From NCBI GenBank assembly GCA_963718975.1, contig CAVRBD010000007.1, positions 5,722 through 69,721 of the forward strand: a stretch of DNA of 64,000 nucleotides, in the 5' to 3' direction. A program made the position numbers and the translations under genes. This document shows positions 1-10,552 of this stretch, in pieces. The notes under the pieces were generated by a model. That model saw only the letters and a list, made by a program, of their open reading frames with translations. It searched no databases and was not told where the DNA came from. Source of the stretch: an uncultured Bacteroidota bacterium (GTDB lineage Bacteria > Bacteroidota > Bacteroidia > Chitinophagales > Chitinophagaceae). Positions within the stretch are counted from its first letter, which is position 1; every line of letters starts with the position of its first letter.

Positions 1-30
1 TTTGGCAATTTAATTGATTTTTATCAGAGC

Positions 31-58
31 AAAACTCAATTGGTGAGGTTTTTTTTTG
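31..58 (+). terminator. Possible intrinsic terminator of a gene upstream of the window
   Basis: Imperfect stem aaaactca-attgg-tgaggtttt followed by a T run. Confidence 0.4.
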
Positions 59-114
59 GAGGTTAATTACACCCGTAAACAATCAATGTTAAACCACCAA
101 AAAACTTACTGGAC

Positions 115-183
115 ATGACAAACAAAATGCTTATTGGAAATTTGCCAACAGTTGCAAACTGGCCTTGGACTCCTTGGATTTAA
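115..183 (+). CDS. Candidate 22-aa Trp/Pro-rich peptide MTNKMLIGNLPTVANWPWTPWI (below the ORF track cutoff)
   Basis: ATG115 to TAA183 open frame; A/C-rich leader (aaaccaccaaaaaacttact) typical of Bacteroidota translation starts; directly upstream of a two-component locus. Confidence 0.4.
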   Translation: MTNKMLIGNLPTVANWPWTPWI

Positions 184-255
184 TTATTTAGGCCATCTTG
201 CCTATCAATTATGCATATTCTTCTTTTAGGTAAAGAAACCAAAAAAAGAATGCTT

Positions 256-263
256 TATATTTG
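256..263 (+). promoter_or_regulatory. Bacteroidota sigma70 -7 box (TATATTTG)
   Basis: Matches TAnnTTTG, 17 nt before the 280 start. Confidence 0.5.
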
Positions 264-279
264 AACTAATATTTGCAAA

Positions 280-954
280 TTGATAGTATTAATTATTTTA
301 GGGCTGTTAGCCCAAGTATCACCTTTAGTTCTATATTTTGTTTTCTATAAAAAGATTTCAAAACTCGTAGAAGTAAAGGTGTTTTTTTTTTATGTAGTTT
401 TATCTTTTGCTTCTATTATCATATCTGGGATTTTTAAAAGCCATCAATCTATAATTATAAGTGTTTTTGCAATTTGTGAGTTTGCTTTTTTTTCGGCGCT
501 CCTATATTTGTGTATCAAGAACAAAAAAGTTAAAAAAATAATTTTTATTGTTGCTATTTTAAATTTATTAATTGAAATTGTTCTGTTTTATTCATTAAAA
601 TCAAATTTTGATTTTTGGGCTGCCCTTCTCAATGCTATTTTGATTGTTATATATTCTATTTATTTTTTTTACGAGCAGATAAATTCGCAAGAAGCTCAAG
701 TGATATATAAATCCCATCAATTTTGGCTTGTTGCAGGTTGTATTATTTACCTTTCAGGCACTTTGTTTTTATTTCTTTATACAGCTGAGCTAAAGGATAA
801 AGAAACGAGTTCTTTGTGGATTATTAATATAGCTTTTGAGATTGTGAAGAACATATCTTTCTCAATTGCTTTTATCCTGGCAAGAAATAGCAGCAAGCAA
901 AATTTGGCTATGCAATATTCCAATGATACGAATATGTTCGAAAAGCCGTTTTAA
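280..954 (+). CDS. Polytopic (~7 TM) membrane protein, probable accessory sensor of the downstream kinase
   Basis: 224 aa, mostly hydrophobic helices; motifs shared with 2609..3283. Confidence 0.75.
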   Translation: MIVLIILGLLAQVSPLVLYFVFYKKISKLVEVKVFFFYVVLSFASIIISGIFKSHQSIIISVFAICEFAFFSALLYLCIKNKKVKKIIFIVAILNLLIEIVLFYSLKSNFDFWAALLNAILIVIYSIYFFYEQINSQEAQVIYKSHQFWLVAGCIIYLSGTLFLFLYTAELKDKETSSLWIINIAFEIVKNISFSIAFILARNSSKQNLAMQYSNDTNMFEKPF

Positions 955-987
955 TATTCTCAACCGAAACCCCTTGAAGAAACCCCA

Positions 988-1825
988 ATGATATTTCTAC
1001 AAATTATTGACCGCGGAAGTAATGTGCCAATGGTGCTTTTTTTTGGCACCATTGCTATGCTTGCTCTTACTATTGGCCTTATCGTCTTTATCATCTTTCA
1101 CCAGCGAAAAGGCCCTTCGTTTTCAAATGCAGTTGCAGAAAATGGAATACGACCAGCAGAAAATGCTTTTGAACGCATCTCTTAAATTACAGGAAGAAGA
1201 ACGTCAACGGATAGCCGAAGATTTGCATGACGACGCTGGCCCGCTGCTTGCAACAGCACGATTATACCTCAATGAAAATTTGGTAAACCTCGATAAAACG
1301 ACACAGCTTCAAAGCATCTACAATGCCAAGCAGATCATTGATGATACCATTCAATTGATCAGAAATATATCTCACAGCCTGATGCCGCCTACCCTAAAAA
1401 ATTTCGGGCTTGAATCGGCTGTAAATGATTTGTTCCAGAAAATAAGCAGCTCGGGCAGCATGAATGCCAGTTCCCGCTTTCATGATTATCGCGAGCGCAT
1501 GCAGCCGGAAAATGAGCTGATTATTTTTAGGGTGATACAGGAACTTGTAAATAATATTCTCAAGCACAGCAATGCAAGCTTTATTCATTTAACGCAAAAT
1601 ACCAATAACAATAAATTTTTCATTCGCCTTCACCACGATGGCCGGGGGCTGACCCAGGCAGATTTTGAAAAGCTGAACAAAAGCTCTGTTGGGCTTGGGC
1701 TAAAAAATATTCAAAGCCGTTTGAGAATTTTGCAAGGAAAGATTTTTTTTGAAAAAGATATATCGCAAACTTATTTTAAAGTAACTATTGAGTTAATTAA
1801 AGAGAATTCAATGATTCCACAATAG
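988..1825 (+). CDS. Sensor histidine kinase (one TM, HisKA_3 + HATPase_c), +1 frameshift at A-run 1107-1110
   Basis: N-terminal TM in frame 988; EEERQRIAEDLHDD H-box, QELVNNILKH N-box and GLGLKNI in frame 1007; removing one A joins HQRK to ALRFQMQ. Confidence 0.85.
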
Positions 1826-1874
1826 TGCTGAGTATTTCTACGTACCTTTAACAAGACTGCTAAAAGAGATACCT

Positions 1875-2525
1875 ATGAGCGTTATTAAAGTTGCAATTGC
1901 TGATGACCACAAAATATTCCGAAAGGGTGTTATATTATCACTTCGCCCCTATAGCAACATCAAATTTGTTCAGGAAGCAGAAAACGGCCAGGAACTGATT
2001 GACGGGTTAACTTCGTCTGAGCCTGATGTCATTCTCATGGACTTAAGGATGCCTTTAAAAGACGGGATCGAAACTACAAAGCTTGTAGCAAAACAATATC
2101 CCAATATTCACATTCTTGCCTTAACGATTTATGAAGATGAGCGCTTTGTTAGCCACATGATGGAGATTGGCGCAAACGGCTATCTTCTGAAAAGTGCAGA
2201 TCCATCTGAAATAAAAAAAGCGATTGTTGAAGTTGCAACAAAAGGGTATTATCTAAATAATTTCGTGAACCGGATATTGCTCAAAAAGTCTCATTCAAAA
2301 ACAAAGGTCATTCCTAATTTGAACATTGAAGTAACGCTTACTGACCGTGAAAGAGATGTAGTGAAATATATTTGTATGGAGTTTACCGCGCAAGAAATTG
2401 CACAAAAGCTGGAAGTAAGCCCACGGACTGTTGAAGCAATAAAAGACCGGCTGATGGAACGCTTTGGCGCTAAAAACACAGCAGGACTTGTATTCTTTGC
2501 TGTAAAAAATAATCTCATTGATTGA
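1875..2525 (+). CDS. NarL/LuxR-family response regulator
   Basis: IADDH...LMDLRMP receiver domain; LTDRE...SPRTVE HTH. Confidence 0.95.
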   Translation: MSVIKVAIADDHKIFRKGVILSLRPYSNIKFVQEAENGQELIDGLTSSEPDVILMDLRMPLKDGIETTKLVAKQYPNIHILALTIYEDERFVSHMMEIGANGYLLKSADPSEIKKAIVEVATKGYYLNNFVNRILLKKSHSKTKVIPNLNIEVTLTDRERDVVKYICMEFTAQEIAQKLEVSPRTVEAIKDRLMERFGAKNTAGLVFFAVKNNLID

Positions 2526-2608
2526 TTCTCTGTAAGCACAAAAAGAAATCGAAAATCCAATATATCGTATCTCTGTGAACAACCGGTTTTGCTGAAACAA
2601 ACTGCCCC

Positions 2609-3283
2609 ATGATTAAGACCGGTAACATATTTCTTGATTTCATTTCATTTCTATCTGCCGTTTTCCCTCTTTTGCCGGTTGTAGTTGTTTTCATAAAAAA
2701 AAACTACTACAATGAGTCACTGAATTTTTTGATGATATTATGTTTGTTGAATTTTATAAAAAATATTTTACTATTCGTTATTGACATAAATACTTCCTCC
2801 CAAAATATCATAGCTAATATTTTTTCACTGATTGAGTTTATTATCCTATTCCTGATTTTCAAAAATCTGGCCTCACAAAAATTCTGGAATTACATAAATA
2901 TTTGCTTCAGCGTTTTCCTATCGGTAATCATCACCATTTACCTGTTGCGTGGCGCAGAAAATAAAATATTTGTTATTGAAGAATTTCAAAATGCTATCAT
3001 AGTTTCTGCCAGCATTTTTTGCATCATTAAACTGGCATATAGCGATAGCCTGCTTATTTTTAATCAACCATTATTGTGGATTGCGATAGGATCTTTATTT
3101 TACTTCTCAATTGCAATTTTATTGCAATCGTTGAATAAGGTGTATGAAGAAACTCCGAATGAAAATATTTCAGGAAGCATGTTATTGCTTAATATCGGAA
3201 GCACTGCTAGGTATTTTTTTTATTTGCTTGCGGCATTTTTTCATGAAGGCAGAAATGACAGAAAGAAAAAAAATCTGTCTTAG
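2609..3283 (+). CDS. Polytopic (~7 TM) membrane protein, paralog of 280..954
   Basis: 224 aa; IFSLIEF / [12 protein letters not shown] echo VFAICEF / FWLVAGCIIYLS. Confidence 0.7.
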   Translation: MIKTGNIFLDFISFLSAVFPLLPVVVVFIKKNYYNESLNFLMILCLLNFIKNILLFVIDINTSSQNIIANIFSLIEFIILFLIFKNLASQKFWNYINICFSVFLSVIITIYLLRGAENKIFVIEEFQNAIIVSASIFCIIKLAYSDSLLIFNQPLLWIAIGSLFYFSIAILLQSLNKVYEETPNENISGSMLLLNIGSTARYFFYLLAAFFHEGRNDRKKKNLS

Positions 3284-3939
3284 AAAAATTGCATATCAAT
3301 AACATCTTTATCAACAATAAGCTTGCCTGCTGTTTTATCTTTGATTTCTTCAACTGAAACACCCGGTGCTTTCTCCAGCAGTTTAAACCCTTGTTGGGTA
3401 ATTTCTAAAACAGCTAAATCTGTTACAATTTTTTTCACACATTTAACTCCCGTAAGTGGCAGAGTGCATGATGGCAACAATTTTGATTCTCCTTTAGGAT
3501 TGGTATGCTGCATAGCAACGATAATGTTTCTTGCACTTGCAACAAGATCCATCGCTCCGCCCATTCCTTTTACCATTTTGCCGGGTATTTTCCAATTGGC
3601 GATGTCGCCGTTTTCTGAAACTTCCATTGCACCTAAAACAGTAAGTCCAACTTTCCCTGCTCTTATCATCCCAAAACTTTCTGCGCTGTCAAAAAAAGAG
3701 CCTCCGGGCAAAATAGTCACTGTTTCTTTTCCCGCATTTATGAGGTCGGCATCAATTTCTTCATCAGTTGGATAAGGCCCCATGCCTAACATTCCATTTT
3801 CAGATTGAAGCATGATCGATATTCCTTTTGGTATATAATTGGCAACTAATGTTGGGATGCCGATGCCGAGATTCACATACATGCCATCTTTCAATTCCTG
3901 AGCTATGCGTTTCGCAATACCAAATTTATCTAACGGCAT
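3280..3939 (-). CDS. scoB: 3-oxoacid CoA-transferase subunit B
   Basis: [13 protein letters not shown] (catalytic Glu), GMGGAMDL. Confidence 0.9.
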   Translation of the reverse strand: MPLDKFGIAKRIAQELKDGMYVNLGIGIPTLVANYIPKGISIMLQSENGMLGMGPYPTDEEIDADLINAGKETVTILPGGSFFDSAESFGMIRAGKVGLTVLGAMEVSENGDIANWKIPGKMVKGMGGAMDLVASARNIIVAMQHTNPKGESKLLPSCTLPLTGVKCVKKIVTDLAVLEITQQGFKLLEKAPGVSVEEIKDKTAGKLIVDKDVIDMQFF

Positions 3940-3986
3940 TTTAATATTTTATTAGTTCGATTTTAAAAAGATGCGACAGTTCTCAT

Positions 3987-4694
3987 TTATTTTTTTTCAG
4001 ATGAAATGTTTATAGTTCTTCGCTCAATTCTTTTTTTATAATCAGTCCCCTGAAAAATTCTATGAACATAAATTCCTGGCACATGAATATGATCAGGGTC
4101 TAATTCACCTGGCTCAACCAAATATTCAACTTCAGCGATTGTGATGCTGCCGGCTTTTGCCATTGATGTTGAAAAATTTCTTGTGGTTTTCCGGAACACC
4201 AGGTTGCCCAGCTTATCGCCTTTCCATGCTTTTACCAAAGCAAAACCTGCATGCAGCGCGTGCTCCATTAAATACATTTTTCCGTTAAACTCTCTGCATT
4301 CTTTGCCGATTGCGATTTCAGTTCCGTAACCTGCAGGTGTAAAAAAAGCGGGGATGCCCATTCCCGCCATTTGAATTCTGGTAGCGAGCGTTCCTTGAGG
4401 AATTAAATCAACATCCAATTCGCCACTTAGTAATTGCCTTTCGAATTCTGCATTCTCGCCAACATATGAGCTTATCATTTTTTTTATTTGCCTTTCTTTC
4501 AATAATAAGCCCAAGCCGAAATCATCAACACCCGCATTGTTGGAAATGCAAATTAAGTTTTTGATTTTTTTCTGGTTCAATGCTTCAATGCAATTTTCAG
4601 GGATGCCGCAAAGCCCAAAACCGCCAAGCATAATTGTTGAGCCGTCAGTGATATCGAATATTGCATCGCCTGCATTTCGAAATACTTTATTCAT
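3987..4694 (-). CDS. scoA: 3-oxoacid CoA-transferase subunit A
   Basis: GGFGLCGIP, ISNNAG, QGTLA; start taken at MNKVF. Confidence 0.9.
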   Translation of the reverse strand: MNKVFRNAGDAIFDITDGSTIMLGGFGLCGIPENCIEALNQKKIKNLICISNNAGVDDFGLGLLLKERQIKKMISSYVGENAEFERQLLSGELDVDLIPQGTLATRIQMAGMGIPAFFTPAGYGTEIAIGKECREFNGKMYLMEHALHAGFALVKAWKGDKLGNLVFRKTTRNFSTSMAKAGSITIAEVEYLVEPGELDPDHIHVPGIYVHRIFQGTDYKKRIERRTINISSEKK

Positions 4695-4733
4695 GCATTT
4701 GTTTGAGCTATAAAAATACAACTAAAGATTATC

Positions 4734-5123
4734 CTATTTTCTGGTAACCGGATTGATTTTTTGGGGGGCTGGGGTGGCCTCATACATTTCGTGCCTTGAG
4801 CGGTTGCCTTGAGCTGACAAACTATCCAAAACAACTTTAAATATATCCGGGCGGCTTATATAAAACTTATAACTTTTTTCAAATTCATCTTTTGTGATAT
4901 GATGAATTTGGAAAACTTCCGAATACAATTTCATAGTTTCATTACCAACATTGATTTTCGCGGAATCCTTCAAAAGAAATTGTTTTGAAAATTGGTCCGC
5001 TTGAATAATATCCCAAAGAATTTTTTGCATTTCGTTTTTAGAGATGATGCCCGAGGGAATGCTGTCTTTATTTGCACAGCCTGCGATAAAACAAGAAAGC
5101 ATAAAGCATAAAAACATTCTCAT
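4734..5123 (-). CDS. DUF4296-type lipoprotein
   Basis: Lipobox IAGC; MQKILWDI...F..SY.FY pattern; usual position in this operon. Confidence 0.65.
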   Translation of the reverse strand: MRMFLCFMLSCFIAGCANKDSIPSGIISKNEMQKILWDIIQADQFSKQFLLKDSAKINVGNETMKLYSEVFQIHHITKDEFEKSYKFYISRPDIFKVVLDSLSAQGNRSRHEMYEATPAPQKINPVTRK

Positions 5124-6043
5124 TGAAGATCTTGTTTATATAAACCAATATTTCCAATATCTAATTTAGTCAACAGATCCAGCGCCCTGCTTTTTTCATC
5201 AGGGTTTCCTTTTTTGAAAGCTTTTGAAAGCTCATTTTGCTTTCCCTGAAAAAAGAACTGAAGTATCATGGTATTCGGCGATTCCGTATTTACGGTATTC
5301 AATTGGTTCAACGCATTGAGCAAGCCGCTTCTTGCATCGCTTTCTTTATCATACATCTGATCTAGGCCTTGCCTGTAATAATTATAAAACGCATCATGAA
5401 TAAGAGAATACTTGCTGTTGGTTAAGTTTTCAGAAAGCCAATAACGGTTACGGATACCGTCAAATGCGCTCCATCCTTTTATAGTGCTTGCTTCCGGTGC
5501 ATTGGCTACAATATTTTGCGCCTTCTGAAAAAAATTATCGCCGCCTTTTAATGAAAAAGAATCAAAATCAAGACCTATAATCATGTACACGTAGTAAGCA
5601 AAAACTGCACTTAGGTTTGCAGCGAATGGCTCCGACCCCTGAACTCTTGTTTCGCTGAACTCAACAGGCTGGAATTCCACATATCTGAAAATAACATTAT
5701 CATCCATGTAATTGACCAACGGGCTTTGATAAGCTGAATTATAAATTGGCCTTGCTGCCTGAACCGTAAGCGAAGCTTGATATTCGTTGTTGTCAAGAGC
5801 ACCACTAATATTTAATGAAAAATTACAAACGATCCTTTCATTTACTTGAAATGTTTCGTTGGACCATTTTGTGTTATTAAGGAAATTATTTAAAGAGGTT
5901 TGCAATGTCTGAAAAATCTTATGGTCTACTGTTGAGGGAATCCTGTTGGCAAGCACGCTAACTGTTGCCTGCAATTCCTGGGCATTCGATGAATTGCCTT
6001 TCAAAAGAAATAAAAGAACTAAAATAAAAATCGTTTTACGCAT
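5120..6043 (-). CDS. porD: DUF4835 family protein (T9SS PorD-like)
   Basis: Signal peptide, QELQATV, DFDSF...GG, NRYWL; downstream of coaBC. Confidence 0.7.
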   Translation of the reverse strand: MRKTIFILVLLFLLKGNSSNAQELQATVSVLANRIPSTVDHKIFQTLQTSLNNFLNNTKWSNETFQVNERIVCNFSLNISGALDNNEYQASLTVQAARPIYNSAYQSPLVNYMDDNVIFRYVEFQPVEFSETRVQGSEPFAANLSAVFAYYVYMIIGLDFDSFSLKGGDNFFQKAQNIVANAPEASTIKGWSAFDGIRNRYWLSENLTNSKYSLIHDAFYNYYRQGLDQMYDKESDARSGLLNALNQLNTVNTESPNTMILQFFFQGKQNELSKAFKKGNPDEKSRALDLLTKLDIGNIGLYKQDLQ

Positions 6044-7230
6044 ATAACATCTTTATTATCCTATCAACGATATCTTTCGCTACTTGTTGTTTAGGTTTTT
6101 TTTCATAAACAATCTCATTGCCGCCTTTTTCAAAAATCGTTATTTTATTTGTATCGCTTCCAAATCCTGCGCCTTCATCATTCAATGAATTGAGCACAAT
6201 CATATCTGCATTTTTGCTCTTCAATTTATTGAGTGCATATTCACGTTCATTGGCTTTTTCCAGTGCAAAGCCAATCAATAACTGCCCTTTTTTCTTCAGC
6301 TCGCCGAGACTTTTCAGAATATCCTTTGTTTTTGTAAGCTCAAGAACAAACTTCTCATTATTTTTTTTAATTTTTTCTTTCGATTTTATGATGGGCGTAT
6401 AGTCAGCTACTGCGGCTGACATAATCGCTATATCTGAAGACGGGAATTCCTTCACGCATTCTTCATACATCGCCTCTGCAGATTCTACTTCTTTTACAAT
6501 AACTCCCGGAATACTTTTTTGCAATGAAGAAGGCCCAATTACAAGATGCACGCTCGCACCTTTTTGAGATAATTCTTGGGCAATGGCTATTCCCATTTTG
6601 CCAGAGGAGTGATTACCAATAAAACGAACGGGGTCGATTGATTCATGAGTTGGCCGCTGTTACCAAAACTTTTTTTCCGGAAAGTGGCTTATCTAAAAAA
6701 AAAACATCTTTCAAAAAATCAACAATGGTTTCTGGCTCAGCCATTCGCCCTTCCCCATTTAAGCCACTTGCTAATTCGCCTTTTTCAACAGGAACAATCA
6801 TATTGCCATATGATTTTAATTTTTCAATATTTGTTTTAGCCGAAGGATGTTTCCACATATCTTCATCCATTGCAGGCGCAACTACAACCGGGCAGGTTGC
6901 CGACAAATAAACAGCCAGCAATAAATTATCACAAAGGCCATTTGCCATTTTCGCTAATGTATTACAGCTTAGAGGGGCAATAATCATAACATCCGCCCAG
7001 CGCCCAAGCATAACATGGTTGGCCCATGAATTTTCATCAAATAAATCTAAAAGTACAGGCTGTTTTGAAAGAGTAGAAAAAGATAATGGCGCAATAAAAT
7101 CTTTTGCTGATGGAGTCATGATCACTTTTACTTCAGCACCGGCCTTGATCAGCAGCCTCACAAGCAACAATGATTTATACGCAGCGATACTGCCCGTTAC
7201 ACCTATCAATATTTTTTTGCCATTAAACAT
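6036..7230 (-). CDS. coaBC: Bifunctional PPC decarboxylase / PPC synthetase, frame broken near 6650
   Basis: GVTGSIAAYK, PAMD, GRMAEP; VLVTA(GP)THESIDPVRFIGNHSSGKMG is recovered by restoring 2 nt. Confidence 0.92.
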
Positions 7231-7343
7231 GCGCACAAAATTATGGCTACAAATTTATACTATCAGTTAATGCCTTCGTTAAAAATAAAATGCGACAGTT
7301 TATATTACCGCCGCATAATGAAGTCTATAATTATGAAATTTAA

Positions 7344-7685
7344 TTAGCTGAAAAGATCATCCTCATTTTTGCGATAATAAATTTTATCTTCCATAAACTC
7401 CTGTGTTGCCAGCAATGCAGCATTTGGCATTCTTTCATAGGCTTTTGATATCTCAATCTGTTCTTTATTTTCATGAATTTCTTCTAGGCTATCAGTATGG
7501 CTCGCAAACTCTTCTAGCTTATTATGCAATTCTTCTTTCAGTGAAATGTTTATCTGATTGGCTCTTTTTGCAACTATAGCAATAGATTCATAAAGATTAC
7601 CGGTTTTGTTTTTTATTTCGGTAAGGCTTTTTGTTTCTACAACGTTAATTGTTCCAGAACTAACTTGCCTTCTTAACTTGCTCAT
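7344..7685 (-). CDS. rpoZ: RNA polymerase omega subunit (Bacteroidota type)
   Basis: TGNLYESIAIVAKRANQI, EQIEISK.YE; located between bamD and coaBC. Confidence 0.85.
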   Translation of the reverse strand: MSKLRRQVSSGTINVVETKSLTEIKNKTGNLYESIAIVAKRANQINISLKEELHNKLEEFASHTDSLEEIHENKEQIEISKAYERMPNAALLATQEFMEDKIYYRKNEDDLFS

Positions 7686-8532
7686 TTTTTAAAGATTTTA
7701 TAGTGTTTTGCGATGAAGTTAAATAATTATGTACTTCACTTGATAATTTGCTGTCTGGGAAACGATCCAAAAAATCATTACAATCGGATATAACCTGCTG
7801 AAGCCTGTCCTCCTTTTTTTCTTCAATGCTTGCAGCAGCGTATGAATAATCTGATTTGATAAGATACAGTTTATACGTGTCGCTCTTTTCAGAATCGGGG
7901 TAAGTATTCAATAGAATATTAAAAACTATACTTGCCGCCTTAAATTGCCCAAGATTGTAATAAAGTTCAGCGTTTTTGAAATCTTTGAGCTCAAGCTTTG
8001 CCCTGCATTTGTCGATAATGTCCGTGGCATCTTTAATTCTTGCCGAGCCGGGATGGGTGTTTATGAACGCCTGCATGAAGCCCATTGTTTTTGTTGTATT
8101 GGTTTGATCCAATTCATATTTGGGCGATTCCATATAAAAAGTATAAGCCCTCATATAATCCATTTCCTCAGCCTTCGGGCTATTTGGAAAAACTTCTACA
8201 AACCCTTTAAAAAGATTTTCTGCGTTTGCATAATCTTTTAGATAAAAAGAACAATAAGCAAATTTATAATAAAGATCTTCAAACTGAGGGCTGCCTTTGA
8301 GAACAGAAAAAAGATCCTGATATAATTGCTGGGCCTTGTTGTAATCTTTTCTTAAGTAATATTTTTCGGCCATGCGCATTTTAAAATCATAATCCTTGCT
8401 CCTCATTACTTTTGAAAAACTTTTTTCCCCCTTGCTCCATTTCTCGATTCCAAGGCTTTTCATCGTTTTATGGTAGAAAGTACAGGAAGAAAGTACGATT
8501 ACCGCAATAAAAGAAAGTGATATTAACTTCAT
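7660..8532 (-). CDS. bamD: Outer membrane protein assembly factor BamD
   Basis: Lipobox LSSC, TPR-like helices, ELDQT.T, AELYY; start moved to ATG8532. Confidence 0.88.
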   Translation of the reverse strand: MKLISLSFIAVIVLSSCTFYHKTMKSLGIEKWSKGEKSFSKVMRSKDYDFKMRMAEKYYLRKDYNKAQQLYQDLFSVLKGSPQFEDLYYKFAYCSFYLKDYANAENLFKGFVEVFPNSPKAEEMDYMRAYTFYMESPKYELDQTNTTKTMGFMQAFINTHPGSARIKDATDIIDKCRAKLELKDFKNAELYYNLGQFKAASIVFNILLNTYPDSEKSDTYKLYLIKSDYSYAAASIEEKKEDRLQQVISDCNDFLDRFPDSKLSSEVHNYLTSSQNTIKSLKNEQVKKAS

Positions 8533-8541
8533 AAAAGCTTG

Positions 8542-8549
8542 CAAAGTTA
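8542..8549 (-). promoter_or_regulatory. -7 box TAACTTTG for the bamD operon
   Basis: TAnnTTTG match 10 nt upstream of the bamD ATG. Confidence 0.6.
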
Positions 8550-8614
8550 AGGTTTTTAGGCAAAAGTGAAAGTATTTAATCTGTGGCCAAAAAAAAGAAA
8601 GTTAATGATTCCAT

Positions 8615-8642
8615 AAAAAAGCCCTCCGCAATGGAGGGCTTT
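8615..8642 (-). terminator. Intrinsic terminator after ompA
   Basis: aagccctcc-gcaat-ggagggctt stem plus U tract on the minus strand. Confidence 0.85.
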
Positions 8643-8667
8643 GAATTTATTTATGAAAGCGGATTCA

Positions 8668-10347
8668 TTATTTCTTCTTTCTCAAGTTCGGATGAGGCGC
8701 TGGTACCGTATTTGGCCCTTCTTCGCCTGTTCCGTCTTTAAGGTCGATTGTATTTTCGTCTCCACCTGTCTGGCCATATCGGAAAATAAATCTGTCTGCA
8801 CTTACACCTTCTTTTTCAACAAGGTATTTAATTACTTCGTTTACGCGGTCCCAACTTAACTGTTGAGCGGCTTTGCTTGATTCGCCATAACCGATAACCG
8901 CCACTTTGCAATTAGGATTGTTGCGCATTTTGTCTGCAACACTTGCCAATAATGCTTTTCCATCTTTGCTCAAGGCAACAGCTCTTCCTTTGAAAGTAAT
9001 GCTTGGCAAATCACCGATTGAACAGCTATGCTTGCCTTTGATATCCATAGTATCTAACATAGCCTTAATATCCTTGCAACATTGTGGGTCTGGGCATTTA
9101 CCAACGCCATCGGCGTCAACTGGCTGGCACTGTGTTGGAGTGATAAGCTCTTTATCCTTACAATCAGGAACACCATCGCCATCCGTATCACGGCTTACAC
9201 CGTGAGTATCAACCGGGCAACCTTTCGGAGTGTTTGGCTCTAAATCAAATTGGTCAGTCACTCCATCACCATCAGCATCATCCAAAACTGGTTTTGGCAA
9301 TTTCATGTGGCGAGGGGCATTGATTTCGCTGTAGGCGTAGTCCAATGGGTTGAGCCACCATAAAGGTTCAACAGATTTCTTGCCTATATTATAGTTTATA
9401 CCAACACTGGCAAAGCTATACGCATCGTAGTCTCTTGTCTGAGCTGGGCTGGTAGAAGTTGCAGGGTTATAATTTTCCTGCCATTGCTGCCCATCAATTA
9501 AATCAGACTTGATGAAAGTATGTTTGTATTCAACAGCAATGTTGAATTTGTTATTCAGTTTAAACTCAACTCCGGCACCTACAACAAATACCGGGTAAAG
9601 AGGCCAGCCACCTAGTTTGGGCTGTCCCGGATCTTCTTGCGCCTGAGTATCAAACTTTCCGTCCATCACAGATTTTAATGCTTTTCTTATTTCTTTGCGA
9701 TTGCCGTAAGTAAAACCATTAGTAGGCGCATACTGATTGTAAATATTATCGAATGCAGCAGCATAATTTCCGCTAGCATCATGAGTATTGATAAACGTGT
9801 TGTATCTGGAAAGGCCAATACCGCCAAAGCCATATACATTAAACCCGGTTTTTGCCCGGTGGAAACGAACATTGTTTAATGTTATGAGCCCTTGAAGAGA
9901 CAGTTCATTAACTGTTGACCTGTAATTGTAAAACACATGGTCTACACCAGGCGTATAACCCTGGCCAGTCCATGCCGTATTATTTACAAAAGCAGAAGAA
10001 GGCTGGAAGTTCAAGCCTTTTAAACGCAGCCAATCAAATTCACCGCGAAGTGAAAAAACATAACCTAAGGCTTTTCTTACGTGTAGCCCAAAACCGCCTG
10101 TTGGCCCCCAGTATCTTACATCAGTTTCGCCAAAAGGAAGTCCTCCCTTTAAACCTATTTCCCATTCGTTGCGAGGTTTCGCAGGAAATGGGTAAGCATT
10201 GTTCAAAAATTCATTGTGCTGAGGTAGGCGTTTTGCAGGTATTAAAGAGGAATCCCGAAGGTCGTAGCTGCCACCAATTTGTGCAAAGGAGCTCGACACT
10301 AACAGGCATAGGATAACACTAAATAATGCGTACTTTTTACTTGCCAT
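8668..10347 (-). CDS. OmpA family outer membrane protein (beta-barrel + TSP3-like Ca repeats + OmpA C-domain)
   Basis: Signal peptide; DADGDGVTDQFD and DTDGDGVPD repeats; ITF...LS.DGKALL...SWDR C-domain. Confidence 0.88.
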   Translation of the reverse strand: MASKKYALFSVILCLLVSSSFAQIGGSYDLRDSSLIPAKRLPQHNEFLNNAYPFPAKPRNEWEIGLKGGLPFGETDVRYWGPTGGFGLHVRKALGYVFSLRGEFDWLRLKGLNFQPSSAFVNNTAWTGQGYTPGVDHVFYNYRSTVNELSLQGLITLNNVRFHRAKTGFNVYGFGGIGLSRYNTFINTHDASGNYAAAFDNIYNQYAPTNGFTYGNRKEIRKALKSVMDGKFDTQAQEDPGQPKLGGWPLYPVFVVGAGVEFKLNNKFNIAVEYKHTFIKSDLIDGQQWQENYNPATSTSPAQTRDYDAYSFASVGINYNIGKKSVEPLWWLNPLDYAYSEINAPRHMKLPKPVLDDADGDGVTDQFDLEPNTPKGCPVDTHGVSRDTDGDGVPDCKDKELITPTQCQPVDADGVGKCPDPQCCKDIKAMLDTMDIKGKHSCSIGDLPSITFKGRAVALSKDGKALLASVADKMRNNPNCKVAVIGYGESSKAAQQLSWDRVNEVIKYLVEKEGVSADRFIFRYGQTGGDENTIDLKDGTGEEGPNTVPAPHPNLRKKK

Positions 10348-10396
10348 AAGTGAAGTTTATTTGAAATGAATGGTTTAACCGTCCCTGAATAATGTG

Positions 10397-10404
10397 CAAA
10401 AATA
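10397..10404 (-). promoter_or_regulatory. -7 box TATTTTTG for ompA
   Basis: TAnnTTTG match about 50 nt upstream of the start. Confidence 0.45.
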
Positions 10405-10552
10405 GAAATTGATGTTAAAAAACCAAATTTTTTTGCTTCCACACAACAAAATAAAATGTGGATTATGCTCAAAACAGACAAATTAAATTTAAAATTAGAT
10501 GCTTTACCGTCAAATATTTACAAAGTAGTAATTTGCCGATTCTATAATTCAA

